A DNA stretch of 64,000 bases from Marsupella aquatica (lineage: Eukaryota; Plantae; Marchantiophyta): positions 1,665,324-1,729,323 of the forward strand of contig OZ316891.1 of assembly GCA_973895155.1 (NCBI GenBank). Reading direction: 5' to 3'. How positions within the stretch are numbered: position 1 is the first letter of the stretch; every line of letters starts with the position of its first letter. Positions 12,103 through 24,697 of the stretch are shown one piece after another. The notes under the pieces were generated by a model. It saw nothing but the letters and a program-made list of their open reading frames with translations, was not told the origin of the DNA and did no database searches. A program made the translations under genes and the position numbers.

Positions 12103-15100
12103 AAACACAGTGACGGACCAAACAAGAAGTGTGACTACACTTCTCGCGGCGAAAAATTTTTCTAAGGCAAAAAAGTCTTGGATACAGAATTAGTATTCCC
12201 CCTAAAAACTAGTTTTTCAAATTTAAAAAATGGGAAAAATCGACACGAATACGAAGATGGGATACGGCGTATCCCATTTCGGATCCAACCGCAGAATTCC
12301 AAAAAAAATTAAAACAAACGCAGTAAAAGTGCCGATATTGGTTTACCCGACAAGAATATTCCCAAACGATTCTTCTCAACGGTAACATTTAACCGACTGC
12401 GATGCAACTGCAGTCAAATACTAACCACGGTCAGAGAGAAAACTATAAATAGGAGATCACCGCTTGAGAATTTTCCGCTCATTTTTTCTCGCTCTGTATC
12501 CTCTTACTCTCGACGAATGCACACCGTCTATACAAACTTGTATTCCCCAAAAATCAGATTTGACTAACAAGTGAGAATCTTCATGGAAATGGCAAGGATG
12601 AATCCCAAATGGGATATGGCGTATCCTGTTTGGGATTCAACCTTCAAATGTCCAGTTTTTGTTTCACTTTAGCTAAAAAAGAAGGTTGGATGCGAAGTGG
12701 GATACGGGGTATCCCATATCGCATCCAACCTCTGAATATGAAGTATCTTAGACTCCAAATGTCAAAACCTCAACGTTGAATGCGAAATGGGATACGACGT
12801 ATCCCATTTGGGATTCACCTTTCAAATGTCCAGTTTTGATTTTTCTTTAGCTAAAAAAGGAGGTTGGATGCGAAGTGGGATACAGGGTATCCCATGTCAC
12901 ACCCAACCTCCGAATATGAAGCATCTTAGACTCCAAATGTCAAAACCTCAACGTTGAATGCAAAATGGGATACGGCATATCCCGTTTGGGATTCAACCTT
13001 CAAATGTCCAATTTTGGTTTCTCTTTAGCTAAAATAGGAGGTTGGATGCAAAGTGGGATACGGGGTATCCCATGTGGTATCTACCTAGAGTTTCCTTGGA
13101 ATGATGCCCAGAAAAGTCTTATGGATTACTGATTGTTTCGAAGACGCAGTTTGACTAAACACACACTGAAGCTCTTGCTGCCGTTCAATGACAGACACCG
13201 ACTCAAGCTTTAGCTTTCCTGGGAAAACAATATTTTCTCTTGTGAGTCTAATGGCGGTCCAGATACGGCGTATCCCATTTGGGGTTCAATCTTCAAAAAT
13301 CCAGTTTGGGTATCATAAACGTGAAAAAATGAAGTTGGATGCGAAGTGGGATACGGGGTATCCCACTTTGCATTCAACCTCTAAATATGAAGCATTTAGG
13401 TGCGAAATGCAAGATTGACTAAGATATGATCAGATTAAGTTGTGGGGTGAAATTTATAAAATTACAAAAACTTAAGTTTGTACCCTCTCACGCTTTGGAA
13501 GCCATATCTTTATCGGTATTTATCCAAATTCCTTATAATTGATACCGTTAGAAAGAAGAGCTTGAGGATTTTTGGCCGCTTTACTCGGCGCTGCAAAAAT
13601 AGAAAAAGAAAAAATCTGAGGTCAGGAAAAATCTTGCGAAAAAATCAGATTGTATTTGTAAAAAGATCACAAATGATCAAAACTTCAAGAGGAATACCAA
13701 GTGGGATACCAAGTATCCCATGTAGTATTCAAACATGTTATTTCACAAATCTAGAAAGGAAAAAGTCATAAAACCTTGTATGAATACCAAGTGGGATCCA
13801 TGGATCCCACATTTGGTATAAGAACATGTTGTTTTATCCCATTTGGTATAAGAACATGTTATTTTACAAATCAAGAACTTTACAAAGTGTGATAATAATT
13901 TTACAAAGACCAAATGAAATCCAATTTTGTATTCAAATGTGAAAATGGATGAGTAACTTGTGACCGAGGGCCAATCCGGGACTTTGAATCTGAGGTGGGA
14001 TCCACAAACCCACTTGGTATTTGCCTCCATTGTTAGGTAGGTCTGTTGATTGGTCCTACATATTTTGAAAGAGTAAAAAATGGATGTGATTGGGGTTGTG
14101 CTGAGCAAGGAAAAATCCAAAATTGTTTTGGAGTCGAATCAACAAATGGGACTCATGGATCCGTGTCGGTATGGATCCGTGTCGGTATTCAAACCTCAAT
14201 ATTGAGGTGCGAGGTGTGGCAATGGCAAATTTTGGCGGGTGAATACCAAATGGGATCCATGGATCCGTGTTGGTATTCAAACCTCAATATCAAGGTGCGA
14301 GGTGCGGCAAGGGCAAATTTTGGGAGGCGAATACCAAATGGGATCCATGGATCCCATTTGGTATTCATCCTTGGTTTTGAGTGGGTTATTTTTGGACTTG
14401 TTCAGAAAAATGGGATACGTGGATCCCTATTGGCATTCCCTGAGTAGTCCATACAAGGGTTTTTTAAAGTGAGAGTCTGTCTTTTCAAGGAATGCTAAAA
14501 TTTAAATTGTATATTTTTGAGGAAGTCGTCGCGGATCCCAGTTGGTCTTCAAACTAGAATATCAAGGTATGCAATGCGAAAAGTTCAAAATATAGAGGTT
14601 GAATACTAGGTGGGATCCATGCCTCCTGTTTTCCTGATGAGTTTTTGGACTTGCGAAAAAAATGGGATCCATGGATCTCAGTTGGTATTCATGTCGAAAG
14701 ATCTCCTGATGCAAAGTTGCAAGTGGAAAACATCGAGGTTGAATACGATAGTGGATACTTGGATCCCATCTCGTATTCATCATGCGTTATGGGCTAAAAA
14801 AATTCCGGAAATATCGTTGGGTTAACTTAACTAACTGTGTGGGTCGACTGTAGTCCGCGGTCAGTTTTTTGCAGTTTTTGGTTTTACCGCAGTTAAAAAT
14901 TCAAATATTTTTAACCCGAAGTTAAATGGAAGCGTCAAGAGAATGATTTGGTGCGGTTTTCGTCCACGTTCAACGGTTGAATCCGAAATGGGATACGCCA
15001 TATCCCATTTTCAGTTTGCCATTTTGATGGCGAAAATGAAATCTTGTGTTTTACTCGTTTTGTTTGACGCTCGGATTTAGCTTTTAGAAGAATCACGTGA

Positions 15101-15356
15101 AAAGCATTGTTTTTCTAGGTTTTGGAATTTGCACTTTTTTTAGATGAAGTGTATCAGAATTCTGGATTGTGACAATTCTTTGTTTTTGTGTCGACAGTAT
15201 CTCGATTTGAAGTCCGATGTTGGATGCGATTTTGGATTCATCCTCAAAACAGCGTTTTTGATCTTAATTTTAGTGATTTTTCGCCGTTTTTCACGAAATC
15301 GAAAACACACTTCTCGTTTGGTGGTCATACTTCTCGTTTGGTCCGTCACTGTGTTT
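12103..15356. mobile_element. Non-autonomous TIR (foldback-like) DNA transposon, about 3.25 kb, superfamily unassigned
   Basis: TIR aaacacagtgacggaccaaacaagaagtgtgac (12103) is inverted at gtcatacttctcgtttggtccgtcactgtgttt (ends 15356); TA on both flanks; inner inverted match about 12253-12292 vs 14973-15012; interior full of palindromes; no transposase ORF. Confidence 0.8.
12595..13080. repeat. 178-bp tandem repeat (about 2.7 copies), two hairpins per unit
   Basis: ttcaaatgtcca at 12643, 12821, 12999; hairpins tgggatacgacgtatccca and aggttggatgcgaagtgggatac...gtatcccatatcgcatccaacct. Confidence 0.9.
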
Positions 15357-18119
15357 TAAGGCTTTAGGGTTTGACAGGGGCAAAATGGCATGCAGAAAGG
15401 TACAAACGAGATGGAGAGTCGACAGTTAAAACTTACATGAACCCAAGAACCAAGTAAATGTAAATATGGTTGAATGGAAAATCAGTACACTTGTGATCTG
15501 TACATGATCCAAAAAGTTGGCCAAATGTCCCCCTCCCTGCCTGAAACCCTGGGGGGTTACATTCACAAAAGTGACACATCAAGTGGAACTAAATATACTT
15601 AGGCCCATTTAAATGGGTGTGTCAAAAAACTTTCACAATTTTGTGGAAGAACACATACTTAGGGCATGATTTATTGATTGGTCGGCTTTAAAAAACACAT
15701 AAGCCTATTTAATTGTAAAAAAATAATTAAAAAAATAATTTAGGGATTTTTATAGTAGAAAATGACAAGATTTAAAGAAAGAAAGGGTTTTGCAAAAAAG
15801 AAAATTCACTTATTAGTTAAGGGGTCAAACCCTAAACCATTGCACATGATGTATGGCCCTCCATATAGTGACCCCCCCCCCCACCCCCCAAGCTGAAACC
15901 ATGGCTGCACAACAAAAGCTTGAAAGCCAATGTGAACTTACTGCATGAGAAAAGATGAAAAATCTCATGTAATGTGGTTGCAGAGGCACCAAATTAACCC
16001 TAAAATGAAATAGACTTGAAAAACTTCATTATGTATTCATGCATAGACAGGTTTGTACCCTAGTTGGAACCTTGTGCTAGACTGCATTGTTGATAGTTGG
16101 AACAGAGGCCGTGGACAATGGTGCGGAATGCACGGTGGACATCATAATTCTAGGCCTCACAAGAACTGACTTTACAACATCTGAGTAAGCTAGGGTGTAC
16201 ACAGTTTGCAACAAAACTAGGAACAAAACATTCAGGGGGCATTGCACCAAGTTTTCCATCCAGGGGGTCCATCAAGGATATACCTCCACAATCACCCCTG
16301 AATCATTTTTAAGTTGGGCCCAAACTTTAAATAAGCTCGTGTTTTTTTAACCAAGATGGTGACTGTACAGTAATATATTCTCAACATCCCTAGAAGCCAG
16401 AATATAGCACCCTTCCCAAGACAATAGACCCATCCTTCCAGGGCATCCTATTGCACTCAACCCTTGCACAATCATACTGCTGGATTTCTCCACTCCTTTC
16501 AAACTTGTTACCAATCTGACCATCCATAGTATTTGTGGAGAGTCCGTATTACAGAACTAGACTTAAAAAACAAGCCAGGCTTTCCTTTATGAAAAGAAAT
16601 TAAATTAAAAAAAACCTTAGTTTTGATACGTTTCCTTACTACACTACAAATCTTAAAATTAAGTGGCTCTCAAGGATCAACTACAACCAAAGCACCAATC
16701 CAAAAATGGATATTTTCATGCTATTTTGATCATAGTGTTGTTAAATGTAGGAGACTCCAAAATTCACTCACATAAACAAAAATAAACAACATTCCTTGTT
16801 AGATCTTCTGTAATGACAGACTGTAGATGGATAATTTAGAAACTCAAAATATGAAAATAAGGTCAACATATACACTAAATTAACCCCCAAGGAGTTAGTG
16901 GCTCTGAAAAAAAGAGTGAGTGCCTTGGAAAGTATTTGATGTTTAAAATATCGGGTTAAAATATACCAAGTTGTACTATATGAAGCTATGAAAATTGAGC
17001 CTGGATGGAAGGAGGGGTTAGCTTTGCCCATCCCCATTGACTATGACACATGCTGCCTCTCTTTACCCCTAAATCACAGAGTGTGAATGGCTGCTTTTGC
17101 AATGATACTTCACTTTTGAAAAGCACACTCGGAGTAGTTTGTCCAGGCGCTTCGGCCAGGCAATTGACAACGGTTGTTTTGGGGCAGACTTGTGCATTGT
17201 ATGGAAAACTTTTGGATGTCATTAAGCTCAAAATTTTCCAGCATATGTTCTCTGATGTCCAATCAATTACCTGAAAATTTTTATATTCTTATGAGATCAT
17301 TGGCTCCATTGCAAATCAAAAAAAATTCTGAGATCATTTGATCCATTGCCAATGCTTTAAATCCAATTATAAGCCAACTGCCAATCACACACACCCCATG
17401 GGGAATCACTTAGCATAAAATCCCTCAAATACGTGAGAACAAAATAATTAAACCAAACAAACCTAAAAGAAAAATTAAAAACCCTTGTCCTCTTTCTTAT
17501 ATGACTGTGAGAAGTTTTTAAATACCTTGTTGAATATAAAAACTAATATTTTTGCCAAAATTGAATTCCTAGAGGGTTCCTAGATGCCTTTAGCACAACT
17601 TCTCGATTATATTAGTAGCCCAACAAGATAGCATTAACCTGTATTTGTTTGCACCTTGCATGCCCTGAGTACTTCGTGCATGAGTAGCAACTTGGGTAGC
17701 AACTTGCCACCTTGGGGGGAGGACACGTTACTTTTGTGAATGAGTAGTCGGGTGAGTAGTTTGTGCATGAGAAACAACATACCATGTACCCCGCCATGTA
17801 CTTAGTTTGGGGAAGTTAAAACACTTTTCACCTTTTTGAGGGACATCCTGAGTAGTTTGTGTATGTGCAACACCTTACCCCTGTGTAAACTAATGGAAAA
17901 TGAGTGACTTCAAATGGTCAAGAGCCCCTTTACAGGTCCCATTTCAGTCAAGGTTGTAAAGAGTGTTATCCAAGCATTTTTTAATACTGTGAGTGAGTCC
18001 ATCCAAGCTTTGGAAACCTTGGGGGCCTTCGTAACAGACCTCACTGTCCATCCAAGCTTCATATTCATGAAGTTAGTTTGAGGACCCCTTGCGGGTGTGC
18101 AACAAGTTGGAGCAATAAA

Positions 18120-18480
18120 GAGTTGGACACTGGAATAGGTTTGAATATGGAGATGAAAGGTCAAAGAATAAATAGAGGATCTGAATTGGTTTCTGGGTGA
18201 AGTGGATTTTAAGGTGGTTAGGACACATTCAATTTCATTGAAGAAAAAGAGTACATTATTCATGGTAACAGTCCATGCAAAATGTTTTTGTGGGAATCCT
18301 ATGTCCATCCCTTCCATGTAACATTCCATAGACTCCATGCAAACATTTAGAGCAGTCAAAGGGTTCTAAAGTTCCCTTGGTGTTTGCCTGACCATAGTAG
18401 CCAACCATTCCCTTGGTACTTCCCTATCTATACTGTCCATGGAGATTATTATGATAACCAAAACCTTCCTTTGCACCATT
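18120..18480. repeat. Old dispersed repeat, related to 9380-9750
   Basis: See partner copy; no intact ORF with recognisable motifs. Confidence 0.55.
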
Positions 18481-19239
18481 GTTATTTCTAAAGTATGCAT
18501 ATTCAATATAAAATCTGAACATTTTATCCAAAAGCATTGATATAGCAATCTTGTGGGTCTCTCTTCTAAGCAAAGAATTTTTTGGAGTCATGCATAAGAA
18601 CCCAAGAATGCATGTACCATCCTTTATCTGCCCAAAATATATATGGATCTTTATTTTTATTTATTTATTCATTTTGGCACCAAATATGGATCTTCAATCA
18701 CCTCAACATCATCAATTTGCTAGAGCATAGTTCATCCCATTCTAGGCCTTTGGCTTGATGGATGCATGATTGTCTAAGAGTATTACTATCTCATCAGTTA
18801 TTAGTCACTTTCATCAGTTAACATGATATCAGTTGCCATGTCATCTCAACAAGGCCATCAATTTTTTCTCTAAAATTTAAGAAGACTTAAATTATGTATA
18901 TATATATATATTTATTTATTTGACTATGGGCCGTTTGTATTGTACGGATACCCCATCTCGGTGAGGTCAACTAAGATGGGCTGCATCCATATGGTATAGA
19001 CATGGAGTTTTGCATTTGTGTGTGGATTTTTGTACCTTTTTTTGGTCCGTAAACCTATCTCAGCAAGGTCAGCCAAGACTGGGTCAATCTCAGCTGCCTA
19101 GCAAAGATGCACAAAGGTGCACAAACCCATCTCAACTACTTAGGTGATATTCACAAAAAGTAAGGGTGAAAGGATTGACAACTGATATTATTATTGTTAA
19201 CTAATGAAGTAGTTGACCCCATTGTCTGAGAAGATGGCT

Positions 19240-19342
19240 GTGCACATAAGACACTCTCCCACCAAGTAACTATGTTCCTTCTCTTCTCATTGTGCACATA
19301 AGACACTCTCCCACCAAGTAACTATGTTCCTTCTCTTCTCAT
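19240..19342. repeat. Tandem duplication of about 52 bp
   Basis: tgtgcacataagacactctcccaccaagtaactatgttccttctcttctcat occurs twice in tandem. Confidence 0.9.
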
Positions 19343-19393
19343 TCTTGCTCCTCTTGCATCTGCCTTTAATTTCAATTCTGCCCCCACTATTGG

Positions 19394-19696
19394 CTCAGGG
19401 GTTTCACTCTCACAAAAATGACATATCACGTGCGACAAAGGATAGAGTCATTTTATTGGTTATAAGAGAAGACTTCAAATTTTCTAAGACAAAAAATAGT
19501 GTTTTTTAATCTAATTTTGAGAATTACAAGTCCATTATCATCTTTTTAGTCAAAATTTGGGAATATTCCAAGAATTTTATTACTTTCTAGGGGTCAAAAA
19601 ATTAAAAACTTCTTACACTTTAGGGGATTTGAGGCCTAAAAACATCACACGTGATGGGGAGGCCTCTATAGGCCTCTATATAGTGAGACCCTCAAG
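19394..19696 (+). mobile_element. MITE family 2 (TIR CTCGGGGGTTTCAC), older copy
   Basis: ctcaggggtttcac...gtgagaccctcaag; body aligns with 21319-21614 and 63057-63352; flanks actattgg/gctgtagg could be a decayed 8-bp TSD. Confidence 0.75.
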
Positions 19697-20506
19697 GCTG
19701 TAGGAGCCAATTTGTCATTTGTGCAAGGCAATGGGCTTGTGTTGCTGAGCTTGCCACCCAAAAACATTTCAGGACATTGCCTGCTGAGCTTGACTGTCTT
19801 CAATCAATAATTCTGCCATTTGCACACTCAAGAGGTTGACCTCAACTTCACATTCAAGTCCATTCAAGCCTCTGTTAGTTGCAAAACTCTCATTGATATT
19901 GCAGTTGGATCATGGTACCCTTTTTGGAACCATAATTAGGACATTACTGTGGTGTATGTTACTTAATAGGTGGGAATGCTCTAAGTTTGGAGAACTAAGG
20001 TCCTCACTTATTTTCTTTCCAGGTTTCTTTCAATCCTGGACCACTCAAAAATTGGTAATTGGATTTTTTACTGGGCTTAGTGGAAGACCTGAAAGCATTG
20101 AAAAAGGAAAATTAGGGGATATTTTAATCAATTTTCAGCTTCACAAGCTGACATATATTTAGGGTTTTTATAAACATTTTTTGAGTGTTCCTACAATGTT
20201 CCAAGAAGATAGATGTATTGAAAAGTATTGAAAATTCACTTCCTTTTTTATTTCTAGGATGTGGATTTGTGACATTGTGAATGGTTTCTAGGGTTCCCTC
20301 TTCCTGTCTATGATCCAAAAGGCTTTGAATGGCCCCAAGATTGGCCTCCTCCCGACTGTGGACCAAAATGCTTTGAACAGCCCCCTTCCAAAAGTGCACC
20401 AAAATGCACTGAATGAACCCTTCCCTACCCAAAAACCCCACCCGATAACTGCACATCCAGGTGCACATCAAAATAGGGGAATATTCATCTATTTTGAATA
20501 TGTCAC

Positions 20507-21950
20507 CTCATTGGCCCTAGAGCTCTTGATGGAGAGGATGGTTCTTTTGTTACTCGGCAGGCTGCCCTGCCGCCTTCTGGCGGTGGCATGGGTATTTACT
20601 TGGCCGTTTCCACTGCCCCTTGCGCGTTCCTTGGGAGTTGGGCACAGGTGGCCCCTACCCTTGTTTCTCGTTTCATTGTGGATTTCCAACCCATACTCTT
20701 TGACCATGTCATGGGGATGGAGGGGGGGGGTCCTTCCTTTCCAGGTTTGCCTTTGCCAGACCCGTTCTCTCCTGCCCGAGGTTGTGCAGGCCGTTGTTCC
20801 TAACTCCATGGAGGTGGTTCTAGAAAGTCTGGATCAAGTTCAGCAGGTGATTTTTGATCGCATGCACCGTCACACCCTTTCCAATATGCTCTTGGACCCA
20901 CCTTCCGACTTGGTTTGGGCTCGCCTCCTTTCTTGTGCGGGAACGGGTTCTGGAGCTTGGTTGTTTGCTAGTCCTTTGTGGGCCCCTTTTCGTATGAGCT
21001 CCTTTCTCTTTACCACGTCACTGCAGCTTAGGTTAGGACTTCCTCACCCTTGCCTTCTGGACCAACCCACGTGTGTTGTGGGGCATCGTTGGATTCGTTG
21101 GGAGTTCATATTCTCAGGTGCGGCCATGGGAGCAAGAGGACAGCCACCCATGATGACATTCGAGATGTGGTGGCTGCCATTGCCCGGGACTCTGGTTACC
21201 ATGTTGCCATGGAGCAGCGACATGTTCTTTCCCCTTGGGATGGTCTTCCTGACCGGTGACGGGCGAATCTGGTCTTTTTTAGGGCTGGGGTTCGTGCTCT
21301 TGGGATGTGGTTGTTGCTCTCGGGGGTTTTATTTCCACAAAAATGGCACATCACATGCGACGAAACATAGGGTCATTTTATTGGTTTGAAGGGAAGACTT
21401 AAGAATTGTCTAAGAAGAACAATAGGGTCTTTTAAATCCAATATTGAGACTTATAAGAACATTAGTGTCCTTATAACCAAATTTTTGGAATATTCCAAGA
21501 ATATTCTAACTTTATAGGAGTTGAAAAATAAATTTTTTTCTTACATTTTAGGGGGTCCGAGGCCTAAGAATGTCACAGGTGATGAGGAGGCATCCATATA
21601 GTGAAACCCCCGAGTTGTTGCTGATCCTATCGATGAGAGCCATGTCGTGGTTTTCGCCCATGTGCCTGGCAATGTTGCGGCCAAGGCAGCCCAGCTCAAG
21701 GAGGAGGCCTATGCTGTTCTCTACCCAAAGGATCTTTTCTACCCCTTTGCCCTTGAGGTCTTTGGTGTTCTCCACCCTACCTTCGCCCAGTTCCTGCGGG
21801 CTTGTGCAATTTTTTGTATTGAGAGGAGATCTTTCCCCCATGTTTATGTCATCAACGCCTTTTTTTGGCAACGGGTGTCTGTGGCTCATCAGTAGGCTCA
21901 TACATTCACCCTCCTTCATAGGGCAAAGGCAATTGGGTTTAGGGCCTCCC
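20507..21950 (+). mobile_element. 5'-truncated CRE-like non-LTR retrotransposon (post-RT region, zinc knuckle, restriction-like endonuclease), degenerate
   Basis: QAALPPSGGGMG motif; CGASLDSLGVHILRC zinc knuckle followed by THDDIRD; RADL...WDVVVA|DP; AAQLKEEAY; FYPFALEVFG; QRVSVA. These are the RLE-type non-LTR C-terminal motifs. Stops and frameshifts present. Confidence 0.8.
21319..21614 (+). mobile_element. MITE family 2 with perfect 8-bp TSD, inserted in the CRE-like endonuclease domain
   Basis: ttgttgct|ctcgggggtttt...gtgaaacccccgag|ttgttgct (TSD 21311-21318 and 21615-21622). Confidence 0.9.
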
Positions 21951-23389
21951 AGCAGGTGTGACCCTCTCTACCAGGCTTTTCAGTTCTCCACTCAGTAGGG
22001 TGTTTGTCTTCATGGCTCCTTTGTTGGTTACTTTTTGGTTCTTTGCTCCTTTGTTAGCTGTTGGTTGGGGACCCCCTCGCTTGTTTTTCTTGGGGCCCTT
22101 TCCCCTCTTTTCCTCCCCTTCATTGGGTTGTTTTGCCTTTGGAATCATGGCTCCAGGTTGAGCCTTTTTTGCCCTTGGGCAGTGTGAGATATACTTGTGA
22201 AGTAAAATGAGACTAGGTGTGAACGGACTTGTTCGATAAGTTCCCAAAGAGGAGCCCAACATAATGCTTCCAAATGAGGAAAGTACAATCTGGTCCTGTG
22301 GAATCCCAATGGCGGCTATGTAGTATGTATATGGATAGTGACCAAAGCCAACGAAAAAGTTAGTCATGGTTACCCAATACAATGCAACACTTTCTACAGT
22401 TGAATTGTCTGTACGTAAAAATCCTTCATATGCATCATATCAAGGTCATCAACTCATCTGGAAGCTACCTTCGGAAGCAAACCTCATAAACGTTTCACGT
22501 GCAGTAGATCGGGCAGCCTTTCTCACATCCCTGTCAAACATACTGTCCAGATAGATCAGCAGCCACCCACAAAGTGAAACACAATCCATAGAGAGAGGAA
22601 GCTGCAACCACCAACCAATCGCTTTAGAGGACCATTTCCATGCATGCAATGAGAACTCAGCCACAGCTCCCTTTTGAATTGTTTTTTGTATGGACGTGAA
22701 CTGGTCATCGGCTTGCGTGTTAAAGTAGCCTTTTCAAATAATCGGCAAAGCTTAAAGCAGATCAGAGCGGGTTTATTGGGCATCCATGAGCTTCCTTTAA
22801 TGGCCACTAGGACGCCAGCCTAGGGACTTATCACCTTTTCCTATCGATGTGGACCAATGGTGTTGAAACACCCGGAGTGCCATGCAATGATATGAGGTGA
22901 TTAAGGTGGAGCTCTCTCAAAGCGAGTTATTGCAGTCGTCGCATTGGCGGATTGGGTCAAGGGATGACGTTGCAGGTAGAACTCCAAAATATCGGCTCCT
23001 CAGTCTATCCTTTCCAGCTTCCAATCATGATGATCATCATGATGGCCACGAAGTCCTACTGTCCCAATTTCTTGCTGCCCTAAATGACTGTAGTCATGCT
23101 TTTCCAAGGAAAGAAAAGTGAGGCGCCTTTATGGGACATCAAATTTTTAAATAGCAATTTGGTCGATATGGAGGGTAAGAAACTACCGTACTTGAGTTAA
23201 CTGTCATCATCGCTTCAGGCAGTTCACTCTAAAATTAGAAAAGCGCCATCGTAATTATTCTTTCTGAGTCACTTTTGGAATCACTTTTGAACCGTACCAT
23301 TTAAAACCCAGTTTGGACTTGCCCGGCAAATAGGCCGTTTTAAGGCCGTCAACCGGCAAGCCGACACCCGGTCTCTCCCGGTCGGCATC

Positions 23390-23760
23390 ATCCGGTCCCG
23401 GCCCGAGTAAATCCGGTCCCGGCCTGAGTACTCCCGGTCCTCTTCCCTCCCGGCCCCGGACCCCGGATCCTTCATCCTCCCGACCCCGGACCCTAAACCT
23501 CCCCCGGCCCGGACCCTAAAGCCCCCCCCCCCCCTCTCCCGGCCCGGACCCTAAAGCCCCCCCCTCCCGGCCCGGACCCTAAAGCCCCCCCCCCCCCTCC
23601 CGGCCCGGACCCTAAAGCCCCCCCCCCCCCTCCCGGCCCGGACCCTAAAGCCCCCCCTCCCGGCCCGGACCGTAAAGCCGCTCCCCCGCCCCCCCGCCCC
23701 AGTCCCTAAAGCCCCGCCCCGGTCCCTAAAGCCCCCCCCGGCCCGGCCCACCCCCGCCCG
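23390..23760. repeat. Left GC-rich subterminal array of the hAT (cccggcccggaccctaaagcccc units)
   Basis: About 8 CCCTAAA-containing units read directly. Confidence 0.9.
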
Positions 23761-23896
23761 ACCCGGTCGCTCATGGCCGGGCCGGGGGGGACTTTAGGGT
23801 TAGGTCACGCGAGAGGAGGGCAGCCGCCGGGGGGGATCGGGCTCGGCCACCTGGGGTCGGCTCGCGAGGTGGGGGGGGGCAGACCGGGACCGGGCC

Positions 23897-23902
23897 TATA
23901 AA
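23897..23902 (+). promoter_or_regulatory. Candidate TATA box for the cargo transcript
   Basis: cctataaag just inside the GC-rich end, followed by a CT-rich leader, a GTAAGT donor at 23980 and AG acceptors at 24584 and 26529 just upstream of the cargo ATGs. Confidence 0.5.
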
Positions 23903-24109
23903 GTGAGGAGGTCTCCTCACTTTCTCTCATTAGTCACTTCTCATTACTAAGTTTGCTTGTTTTGTAGGAGAGACCTTTGGTAAGTTTTTCTTGCTTTTGC
24001 TTATGTTTTGCTTTGTTTTGAGTTTAGTTCATTCGTTTTTGAATTGTTTTCGGTCTTTTTTTTGGCTATGCTTTGTCATGTATGACTTTAACATTTAGTT
24101 TTAATTTGG

Positions 24110-24540
24110 AGGGATATTAGTGTTCTCACGTATGCGCATGCTTGGAGCTTATGCTTGGCATGTGGTATTTCGTATGAGAGAACCTAATATCGCCTTAACA
24201 GTTTAGTGTGATTTGTGAATTGAGTGGAGTATTTTTTAGGATAGAGATTTTCATGTACGCATGCTTGGAGTTTCCGCTCGGCATGTGGTATTTTGCATGG
24301 ATATCTCGATTCCTTGTAAATATTCTCACAACATTTACAAATGACATCTAAACTATAGGTTTCACATAGATTGGAATAGGAATGTAACAACTTGATGAAA
24401 AAGACATCTTTTGTGCGCATGCTTGGAGTTTCGGCTTGGCATGTGGTATTTCATATAGTTGTCTTTCCCCTCATCGTTGTTACTTTCAAAGTACTAAACA
24501 AACGAATAAAAAATTGAACAAATATTAAAATTTCATTGCT
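24110..24540. repeat. Left copy of internal diverged inverted repeat (partner 31495-31890)
   Basis: gcgcatgcttggag...ggcatgtggtattt motif three times (about 24130, 24255, 24413); inverted motif aatatcacatgtc...ctccaaacatgcg three times (about 31571, 31731, 31854). Confidence 0.75.
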
Positions 24541-24697
24541 TGGGTATTATTGATACCAGCACAAAGTGTGAAATGATATTTCAGGATTCTTGATCCAGCT
24601 TTATTGTACTTGCATCATCCATACCCTCGGCAAGCAGCCAACACACTCCGTAAGCGCCTTTTCTTTGTCCTACAACTTGTTGTGGTTACTTGAGAAC

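Noticed and set aside
12106-12150. V(D)J recombination signal sequence
   Set aside because: Heptamer present but no ACAAAAACC nonamer at 12 or 23 bp; kept only as a TIR observation.
16900-18480. Possible decayed transposase on the minus strand
   Set aside because: No catalytic motif could be identified; recorded only as a dispersed repeat.
20310-21389. 359-aa ORF as a host gene
   Set aside because: It wanders across frames of a decayed CRE-like element and ends inside a MITE.
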